The translations under genes and the position numbers were made by a program. Under the pieces are notes generated by a model. The model searched no databases, was not told the DNA's origin, and worked only from the letters and a program-made list of their open reading frames with translations. This document shows positions 21,584 through 31,849 of a stretch of 64,000 nucleotides of DNA, piece by piece. Where the stretch lies: positions 6,324,001-6,388,000 of the forward strand of contig JBHGNT010000015.1 of assembly GCA_043228905.1 (NCBI GenBank), in the 5' to 3' direction. Positions within the stretch are counted from its first letter, which is position 1, and the number at the start of each line of letters is the position of its first letter. The stretch comes from Azolla caroliniana. Lineage: Eukaryota > Plantae > Polypodiophyta.

Positions 21584-22317
21584 ATGCCCTTAGCCGTGGA
21601 GGCGGTCTCTTTCGATGACACCCTTAGAGAGATCGGGAGGGTAGCCGATGAAGGAATGAGTGAAGACCGGGTAATTCCAATCAATTCCTTGGAAGTGTAC
21701 GAAGTCATTGCGGACTTCAGGGAGAAGGTTGGGTCGGAGAAGATGGCCCTAGTTGTCACCAAATACAAGATTGTGGACTGGAAGGTGAGGCCTGTCGTGA
21801 CTCCCTTGTCGAAGGTCAGCGAAGAGTGGATGAAAGGGGTCGCATCATACCCAAGTTTGCTGAATCCGGATGTCATAGGGCACTGGTTCACCGACGAGAC
21901 GACACGGGAGGTGAAGGTCGGTGGGGGTGGCTTCCTACTGCCCGTGGAAGAGGACCGGTTTCGGAGGATGCTCGGGAGGCACGGGAAGGCCTTCACATTC
22001 TCACGAGAGGAGATCGGGTGCATCGACCCGACAATCATAGAGCTGATGGTTATCTTCACAGTACCACACGTGCCATGGAATCTCAAACCAATTCCGGTAC
22101 CTAGAGCTCACATCTCGAAGCTGATGGAGCTGCTGAGCAGAAGGTGGAGATGGGCAATCCTTGAGTTGTCAAGTGCCCCATATTCGAATTGGTGGTTTAC
22201 AATGCCAAAAAAGAACGGCACATTACGCTTCATTCAGGACCTACGGGCGGTCAATAAAGTGACCATTCGGAACGCAGGGATCGGGCCAACCATCGATGAG
22301 TTCGCGGAGGCCTTCGC
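21584..22317 (+). pseudogene. pol: Gypsy G RT N-terminal part, cut by Copia B
   Basis: VPHVPWNLKPIPVP; PKKNGTLRFIQDLRAVNKVTIRNAG. Confidence 0.88.
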
Positions 22318-22405
22318 TGCTGGTAGGCAGGTCCCTCCGGATGGAAGGGAGAAGAACAGTGCCGACGAACGAACTCGGCCGAGGCCGACAGGCCTCGGCC
22401 AAAAC

Positions 22406-22580
22406 GGTATGAACCGGATGGGGAGTACCCGACTGCGGAGAGCCGGATGGTGTAGGCCCGGTATGAACCGGATGGGGAGTACCCGACTGCGGAGAGCCGG
22501 ATGGTGTAGGCCCGGTATGAACCGGATGGGGAGTACCCGACTACGGAGAGCCGGATGGTGCAGGCCCGGTATGAACCGGA
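22406..22580 (+). repeat. 54-bp tandem repeat in U3: 3+ copies in the 5' LTR, 2+ copies at 27217-27337 in the 3' LTR
   Basis: Unit GGTATGAACCGGATGGGGAGTACCCGACTGCGGAGAGCCGGATGGTGTAGGCCC. Confidence 0.92.
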
Positions 22581-23076
22581 GGAAGAGACATATTCGTAAA
22601 TATGTTTCTGAGAGCCCATCGAGGCAACATTTGTAAATAGCCGAAAAGTCATATTAGTATAAATATGACTTAGGGCAAACTTTTAGTTGTGTCGTTTTGT
22701 TGTTGTTATTCTTCCTTGTTGGTGCAAGAAGAAGATAGAGCGCGTAACTGTACAGACAGAGAGAGAGAGACGAGGTCGTTGCCTCTGTTGTAACCGCCGC
22801 CTGTGGCGAAGATCTGAGAGCACGAGGTTGTTGCCTCAGTGAACTCACTGTTGTATATTCCTACATAGTGACAGTTTGCAGCCTCTGGGCTGCCGTGGTT
22901 TTTCCCCTATTTTGGGGTTTTCCACGTAAACCTCCTGTGTACCATTTCTCCCCTTTGTGTCGCGTTTCATTACCTGTTTTTCTGTGTATGAAAAGAATCT
23001 CGGTTGTGGCCGATCGTCGGACATAAGGAACGTCGAGTTCTCAACAAGTGGTATCAGAGCGAAATCGACACAGAAA

Positions 23077-26000
23077 ATGGACGAATCATTTGGCGGCATG
23101 TTCAAGCTCACCGGCTCCAACTATTCAGTGTGGAAGTCGAAGATGAGGGACATGCTCGTGGTTAAAGACCTCTGGCTGCCGGTTCAGTTCGGGGACAAGA
23201 GACCGGACAAAATCGACGCCGCGATATGGGAGGTGATGCACATGAAGACAACGGCGTACATACGATGCTTCATCGACATGAGCCTGTACAACAACTTCAA
23301 TGAAGAGAGCAAGGCTCATGAGCTCTGGGAGAAGATCGGCATAATGTTCCAGAACAAAAATGCTGTCAATCAGGTGTCGGTATTCCGGAAGCTAGTAAGA
23401 CTCCGGTACCAAGATGGCTCCAGCATGGCGGAGCATATGAATGCCTTCCAGGGGCTGATCCACCAGGCAACGTCATTGGAAGTACCTCTTGCTGATCAGG
23501 TCCTAGCGCTACTCCTGCTCGGTTCCCTCCCGGATAGCTGGGAGACGTTGGTTGTCACTTTGGGCAACGCCGGGCCGGAAGGAAAACGGTTATCCCTAGC
23601 AAGAGTAAAGTCGAGCTTGCTAGATGAGGAGGCTCGTCGGAAAGACAAAGATACGAGCTCCGACTCCAAAGCGCTCCTTACCGAATCGGAACGCGGAAGA
23701 CATAGAAACCGTAGTCCCCAGAACCGGGAGAAGTCGGGGACACGATCAAAGTCAAGGGGGAGGCCTACTTGCTTCCATTGCGGCAAGCCGGGACACTTCC
23801 AAAAGAACTGTCGGCATTTCCGTAAAGACAAGGAAACCGACGGTACCGATTCGAAGCAAACCCCGAACCGGAACGGTACAGACCGGAATGGTAAAGACCG
23901 GAGGGGTCCGGACCGGAAGGGAACGACGGCAATTGCAGCAAGTGAAGAGGAGTTGCTGCTCATCACCAAGGAGAGTGAGATAAACCATGCCGGCGACGAG
24001 ATGACCTGGGTGGTAGACTCCGGAGCGTCGTTCCACCTTACCCCGGACCGGAAATGCTTCTCATCCTACTCAGCCGGTGATCACGGCTGTGTTTGGATGG
24101 GGAATGAAGGAACATGCCGAATTGTCGGCATAGGAGACGTGTGGCTGACAACACCAACCGGATGCAAGTTGTTGTTGAAGGATGTCCGACACGTTCCGGA
24201 AGTTCATCTGAACCTGATATCAGCCGGTCGGCTAGATGATGAAGGCTACACGGGTAGCATCCGGAACGGTGTCATGAAGTTCAGCAAAGGGAGCCTGATT
24301 GTGGCTCGGGCCCGGAAGGTAAACACGTTGTACCTGATGAATGCCCGGTTATGTCCGGAAGAAGTGAATGTGGCTTCCGACACTGCCGGTGAGCTGTGGC
24401 ACAAGAGGCTACGTCACATGAGTGAGAAGGGGATGAAGAGGCTTGGAGACGACAACCTCATTCCAGTGGAGAACGTGCACTTAGAGAAGTGCACTGATTG
24501 TCTGGCCGGTAAGCAGAACCGGACCTCCTTCCGACCAAGGCCACCGATGAGACGTAATGCACCAATGGAGTTGGTGCATACGGATGTTTGTCAAGTAGAC
24601 ACGAAGTCACATGCCGGAGCGCAGTACTTCGTGACGTTCATAGATGACCACAACCGGAAGCTGTGGGCCACACCGCTGAAGATGAAGGATCAGGTGTTAT
24701 CAGTCTTCAAAGAGCTCCACGCGAGAGTGGAAAGAGAAACCGGCCGGAAGCTGAAGGCGGTTCGAGCAGATAACGGAGGAGAGTACCGGGGGCAGTTCGA
24801 GGAGTACTGCCGCTCGAAGGGAATCCGGCTCGAATTTACCGTGCCGAAGACGTCGGAACTAAACGGACTGGCCGAGAGGATGAACCGGACCATAATGGAG
24901 AGGGTCCAGAGTATGCTAGCGCATGCAAAACTACCCAAGAAGTTTTGGGTCATATGTGATAAACAGATCACCCTCAGTACCCTTGGACGGAGACACGCCA
25001 CAGAGAGTATGGACCGGTAAGGAAGTGTCCTACCGGCATCTGAGGGTGTTCGGGTGTCTCGCGTACGTGCATGTAGCAAAGGACCGGAGAGGAAAGTTAG
25101 ATCCAAAGACCCGGACATGCATATTCCTTGGTTACGGTGACGATGAGTTCGGCTACCGAGTGTGGGACCCGGTCGACAATAAGGTATTCCGGAGTCGAGA
25201 TATTATCTTCATGGAGGACAAGACACTCGCCGACTGGGAGTCGGAGAAGAAGATAATGAACTCCGAGTCGACCGGTAAGGATAGACTCTACAATGAGCAG
25301 ACCCAACCGGCAAGAGACCGGTTAGCACTCGAGGAACCAGCCGGTTACGGTGAGGATACCGAACCGGCAGAAGAAGAAGTAGAGGAAGCTGAGACCGGAA
25401 CCGGTCAAGACCCCGAATCGGATTCGGATGAAGAGCAAATGGAGGAATCGGTTACCGAAGCCCGAAGACGTAGATATCCTCTCAGAGAGAGAAGGGCGCC
25501 CCGGAGATTTCCGGATGCAGAGCATGTCCTGCTGACCGATGAGGGGGAGCCGGAAAGCTTCGAAGAAGCGAAGGAAGACACCCAAAACCGAAAATGGTTA
25601 AGTGCCATGCAGGATGAGATGGATTCTCTGCATGAGAACCATACGTACGAATTGGTGGAGCTGCCGAAAGGAAAGCGGGCACTCCGAAACAAGTGGGTGT
25701 TCAAGTTGAAACCGGGAGATGCCGGCAACCCCCCGAGATACAAAGCCAGGATCGTGGTGAAGGGGTTCCAGCAGAAGAAGGGTGTGGACTTCGACGAAAT
25801 ATTCGCCCCGGTAGTAAAGATGACCTCTATCCGGACGGTGCTGAGTATAGCAGCCAGCATGGATCTCGAGGTAGAGCAGCTGGACGTGAAGACGACATTC
25901 CTTCACGGAGACCTCGAAGAGGAAATCTACATGCAGCAACCGGAAGGATTTGTGGAGAAAGGGAAGGAGCACCTGGTATGCCGGTTGAAGAAGAGCCTGT

Positions 26001-27116
26001 ACGGACTGAAGCAGGCTCCCCGGCAATGGTACCGGAAGTTCGACTCCTTCATCACCGATCAAGGGTACCATAAGACGCAAGCCGATCACTGCGTGTTCGT
26101 GAAGAAGTTCGAAGGAGGGGACTTCCTGATACTTCTCCTGTGCGTGGATGACATGTTGATCGTCGGACGAGACCAAGGCAAAATACGGATGCTGAAGAAG
26201 GCTCTCAATCGGACCTTCTCAATGAAAGACTTGGGTCCGGCAAGACAGATGTTGGGGATGCACATCATTCGGGACCGGTCAGTGAAGCAATTATGGCTGT
26301 CACAGGAGAAGTATGTGACAAAGGTGCTTCACCGGTTCAACATGTTAGATGCAAAACCGGTCGGATCGACACTTCCGGCAAACTGCAAGTTGTCCGGCAA
26401 GCAAAGCCCGAAGACAAAAGGAGAGAAGGCAGATATGATGAAGATTCCATATGCCTCTGCCATCGAGAGCTTGATGTACACAATGGTTTGTACCCGACCG
26501 AACATTGGATACGCAGTCGGAGTGGTGAGCCGGTTCATGAGTAATCCCGGCAAGGAGCATTGGAACGCGCTCAAATGGATACTCCGGTATTTGAAGGGCA
26601 CTTCAAATATGTGTCTCCGATTCGGCTCCGGGAAACCTCAATTGGACGGTTTCACCGATTCGGACATATCGGCTGATGTGGATACCAGCCGGTCTACATC
26701 CGGGTATGTGATGACATATGCAGGGGGAGCTGTTTCGTGGCAGTCGAGGCTGCAGAAGACGGTAGCATTGTCAAGCACAGAGGCGGAGTACATGGCGGCT
26801 GTAGAAGCCGGCAAGGAAATATTATGGATGAAGGACTTCATCGGAGAGCTCGGTATTCGGCAAGAGGAATACCGACTCTACTGCAACAGTCAAAGTGCCA
26901 TCCACCTTGCTAAGAATGCTGCCTACCATTCCCGGACGAAGCATATCTAGCGGAGGTATCACTGGATCCGGGAAAGGGTAGATGACCAGGAGTTCGCACT
27001 GGCAAAGATCCACACGGCCGAGAACGGGTCAGATATGCTGACCAAAGTGCTGCCACCCGACAAGCTGGACGCATGCCGGAAGAGGATCGGGCTGGAAAGA
27101 CACCCCATGCCGGAGT
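23077..27116 (+). pseudogene. Copia B gag-pol polyprotein, nearly intact: a frameshifting deletion near 24950 and a premature TAG at 26948-26950
   Basis: CFHCGKPGHFQKNC; WVVDSGA; LWHKRL.HMS; ADNGGEY; YGLKQAP; CVDD (from YVDD); FTDSD...ALSSTEAEY. Confidence 0.95.
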
Positions 27117-27811
27117 GGAGGCCTTCGCTACTGGTAGACAGGTCCCTCCGGATGGAAGGGAGAAGAACAGTGCCGACGAACGAACTCGGCCGAGGCCGAC
27201 AGGCCTCGGCCGAAACGGTATGAACCGGATGGGGAGTACCTGACTGCGGAGAGCCGGATGGTGTAGGCCCGGTATGAACCGGATGGGGAGTACCCGACTA
27301 CGGAGAGCCGGATGGTGCAGGCCCGGTATGAACCGGAGGAAGAGACATATTCGTAAATATGTTTTTGAGAGCCCATCGAGGCTACATTTGTAAATAGCCG
27401 AAAAGTCATATTAGTATAAATATGACTTAGGGCAAACTTTTAGTTGTGTCGTTTGTTGTTGTTATTCTTCCTTGTTGGTGCAAGAAGAAGATAGAGCGCA
27501 TAACTGTACAGAGAGAGAGAGAGAGAGAGACGAGGTCATTGCCTTTGTTGTAACCGCCGCCTATGGCGAAGATCTGAGAGCACGAGGTCGTTGCCTCAGT
27601 GAACTCACTGTTGTATATTCCTACATAGTGACAGTTTGCAGCCTGTGGGCTGCCGTGGTTTTTCCCCTATTTTGGGGTTTTCCACGTAAACCTCCTATGT
27701 ACCATTTCTCCCCTTTGTGTCGCGTTTCATTACCTGTTTTTCTGTGTATGAAAAGAATCTCGGTTGTGGCCGATCGTCGGACATAAGGAACGTCGAGTTC
27801 TCAACATTCGC

Positions 27812-28692
27812 TAGAAGGTCGATCTACTCGGTTGGCGATTTGTACTCAAGATATGATAAATTCAAACTAGTTGTAAAGAGTAGGGATATCACAACGATGC
27901 AGATCCCTCTCGGCTTAGTGCAGATGTGTACCCTGTCGTAAGGAGGGACCAACTCGGTGGTGCACATGGTGAACACGATGAACAAAGTGTTGAAGGACTA
28001 CATCCCAGACATCACCATGCCATTTTTGAACGACATCCTGATCAGTCGGACCAGACGGATGCTTGGTAGAAGGAAAGGATGAATCAGTCGGACCAGACAG
28101 ATGCCGAAAATTTGTGACAAACCATATCAATGACTGCGAGAAGGTTACAGAGGCTCGAGGGTGCGCGACTCACCTTCTCTAGAGAGAAGTCAACTTTCGT
28201 GCAATCCGAAATTTTGGTGGTTGGGCACTTGTGCGGGCCGTATGGCCGGAAACCGTCTCCGGCTAAGGTGGAAGCCATCTCCGCGATGAGAGAAGAATGC
28301 AAGTCAGTTATGGAGGTCTGAAGATTCCTGGGGGAGTGCGCGTTCTACCATATCTCGATTCCGCATTATGCACACATTGTGGAACCACTCTACGGGCTGC
28401 TGAAGAAGGGCCACAAATTTGAATGGAACGAGGAGCACGTGGAGTCGGTCCGAAGGCTGAAGAAGGCGCTTGTTGCGGCACCGGCCCTCCGAAAAGCGGT
28501 TTACGGAAAGGGTACCCCGGTTTACGTGACCATGGACATGAGCCCAACCAGACTCAGATAGGTGTTCAATCAAGAAGACGAAGACGGTGTAAGGTTCCCC
28601 ATCCGATTCGGAGCGAAAGTATTAAGCGAGCGGCAACGAGGATACGCCCAGGTTAAACATGAACTTTGGGGTATCGTTTCGGCAATCAAGGT
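27812..28692 (+). pseudogene. pol: Gypsy G RT core to RNase H start (degenerate)
   Basis: YSVGDLYSRYDKF; EILVVGHLCG; PIRFGAKVLSERQRGYAQVK. Confidence 0.88.
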
Positions 28693-28919
28693 TGTTGAGA
28701 GACGAACTCAACTTCCCATAGCAATAGGTTTCACACTAGCTCATGGACATACTAGGCTAGTTTTGTAAATAGTAGAAAGAGCACTTACCCTAGCGTCGTT
28801 GGTATTTAAACCAACCCCTTGTAACTTAGTTATTGTTGGAAGTATTTTGGTTAATGCAACATACAATCTTTTATCTCTGTCTTAAGCTCTCTCTCTCTCT
28901 CTCTCTGCTCTGCCTTACG

Positions 28920-28960
<41 letters not shown>

Positions 28961-31804
28961 CAGTCCTTCTGCTATATCTCAGCCACTCTTGCTCCTCATT
29001 TCTTTACATGGTATCAGAGCGTGCAGTTGCTTGATCAAATCTATTCAATTGTGTTGTGGTACACGCCGACGATCAACAAAACCAACTCATCAACATAGAA
29101 GAAATCGACATAATGAACACTCAGATGGGAAGCGCTCTTCCTACCCAGAAGCTTGACAGAACGAATTTCGCATCTTGGGAATACAAGATGCATCAATACC
29201 TTGTCGGAGAAGGTTATTGGAGCTACATTGAAGGAGGTCACGAAACTCAACCCAACCCAACACACGCCGACTATCCCTCTTGGGAACAGGCCGCAAGCGG
29301 TGTGTTGTATTGTCTTGCATCATGCATTCATGATCATATGCTTGGCTATATTCGAGATTCAAAAACTTCAAAAGAAGCTTGAGGAAATCTAAAGAAGATT
29401 TTGGCGGCCAACACGGCTGCACGAAAGGTCCAACTTTGACAAGAGCTAAACAACATGCAACAATGGGACATGTCGATCACAACCTATACCTTAAAGATCA
29501 AGGAGCTGTGTGATGCCCTCGGTTCAATTAATGTCGTAATCGACGATGACGAGATGGTGCAAATATGCCTCGGCAGCTTAGCACCCCGATTTGGCTCGAT
29601 TAGATCGGCCATCCTTGCAAGGGCGAACCCTCCATTTTTCGATCTCCAATGAATATTATTGGTTGAGGAAAATCACGCTCGACAAAGGAGCAATGCACCA
29701 GAGGGTCATATGCTCTACTCCCAGTTGGATGACAGAAGACATTTCGGCTGTGGAAATAGAGGTTGATTCAAACAAGGCCGTAATGGTCGGCAAACTCAAT
29801 AGCGTAACCCCCACCAATGGCAAGCGGACATGAACGGTTCCAGATAGTTCGGCAGAAGGGGGAGTCATGACGCTAGATCGAGCAATTGTAACAACTCGAT
29901 CGAATGTGGGTAATGTGGAAAACACTACCACTATGAAGAGGAGTGCCGGCAAAAGGTACAAGACTCGGCTTCAACTAGCTGACAATTCACGAATTACGCA
30001 TCGAATTCCGACTATGACGATCATAGGAAAATGTGTACAAATTACGCCATGAATTCCGACTACGGCGACCATGGCGGAATGTTCGTAATGAGGCATGAAG
30101 CACAGTCAAGGTCAGCACGTGCCTCAACTAGCGCCTCTGTCTCAAGTAACATATGGTTTGTTGACTCAGGAGCATCTAATCACAGGAAGTCTCATGAAGA
30201 TTGGTTTCAAGAATTACGAAAACCCGAACGACCCGGATATGACGAGATAGACGATGACACGACTCATCATCCAATACAACATATCGAGAACGTCCCATTC
30301 AAAAACAACGGCAAACAAACCTATCTTAAGAAAGTACTACATGTCCCTACCATCACGAAAAACCTGGTCTCGGTCGGCCAGATTGTTGAACAAGGAATGC
30401 AGGTATGATTCAACAACGACGAGTGCTTCATCGAAAGGGGCGGACAAGTCATAGCCCACGGTCGATGAGAAGACCGTATGTTTATCCTCGAATCGAACGA
30501 GGTAAAGTCAGCCATGTTCGTAAATGGTCTTCAAGTTGAAACTGACATAAATCTGTGGCACAAGAGAATCGACCATATCAATCTCCAAAAAATCCAGAAC
30601 ATGGAATTGAAAGGAGTCGTAATCGAACTCCCGAATTTTACCGCGAAGGAGATTACGAGCGTATGCGAAGCATGCCAGTTCGGAAAGCAACGCCGACATC
30701 GATTCTTGAAAGAGCAGAATGTGAGCAAAGGGATCCTGGATGTTGTAGATTCAGATGTATGGGGAACGGCCCAAACAAGCACACTCGGCAGATGCCGATA
30801 TTACATCACGTTCATCGACGACTTCTCCAGGCACACCTGGATCTAGCTGATGAGACAGAAGAGTGAAGTGTTCGGACACTTCGAGAGGTTCAAGGTTGAA
30901 GTCAAAAAAACTACGGGTCGGAACATACGCTGCCTTCGATCGGATGGAGGCAAAGAATACTTTTCGGATGAGTTTACGACGTATCTCCTAAAGGAAGGAA
31001 TCCAACGAGAATTCTCATGCCGTCACACACCTCAGCAAAATGACATAGCTGAGCATAAAAACCGACACATAGTAGAAGTCGCTCGGGCTATGATGAATGA
31101 GAAGAACCTAGCAAAGTTGTACTGGGCAGAAGCGGCGAACACGGTTGTATACCTCATGAATAGGTGCACAAACTTGGGAGTACACAATGTATCCCCTCAT
31201 GAGAAGTTCTTTGGAAAGAAGCCGGACTTATCACATGTCTGCATTTTCGGCGCAATCGCTTACATGCATATTCCCGACAATACGTGACAAAAGCTTGACT
31301 TGAAGATAGAGAAATGTATCCTCATAGGATACTCGCTCGAACAGAAGAAGTACAAATGCTATTGTTACCGATTAGGAACACGGTCTGCGGTTAGTCCTTC
31401 GACCTAGACCTCCAAGTGATTGTGAAACAACGAATGGTGGCATCTATGGGTAATACGTAGGGGAATGTTCCCCGTAACCTAGCAGTGTATAAGGGAGACG
31501 CCTACAACCGACCCCTTATCAGTGGTGACACACTCACGTTCTTGCAATCTCAGGTATTCTAGACACACAGGAGACTAGTCGTAGCTATACACAGATTTTC
31601 AGAGAAGATAGAATTCTATTACGATACGCTTCTTTACATTCCCAAAATTACACGCCCTCTATCAGAGGTTTTCTGGCCTTTATATACATAGGGTCTTTTT
31701 AGCCGTTCACGCTTCCTACGTGAATTGTTACATGCGTTATGATCGTATATTATTTCTTATTCCTACGCTCTTGTCTGTCGGTTACTATTCCGGCAGACAA
31801 CACC

Positions 31805-31820
31805 TGGCACGCCTGTGGGA
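31805..31820 (+). promoter_or_regulatory. Second, oppositely oriented tRNA-Arg PBS-like site at the position of the PPT
   Basis: TGGCACGCCTGTGGGA lies 2 nt inside the 3' LTR boundary. The coding strand reads TCCCACAGGCGTGCCA-GG-TG. Confidence 0.8.
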
Positions 31821-31849
31821 TAGTGCCCTAGCACGTCGGACCCATCCCG

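Larger units (their letters stand above)
22318..27806 (+). mobile_element. Copia B, full-length Tnt1/Tork-like element
   Basis: LTRs 22318-23046 and 27129-27806; perfect TSD TTCGC (22313-22317, 27807-27811); PBS TGGTATCAGAGC at 23049-23060. Confidence 0.96.

Noticed and set aside
22406-22580. CRISPR-like periodicity, also at 61960-62480
   Set aside because: The units are head-to-tail with no unique spacers, there are no cas genes, and the context is eukaryotic.
22318-22636. C-terminal GMNRMGSTRLRRAGWCRP repeats of the 350-aa ORF 21584-22636, read as a repeat-protein fusion
   Set aside because: This is read-through from Gypsy RT into the 54-bp U3 repeats of the inserted Copia B LTR.
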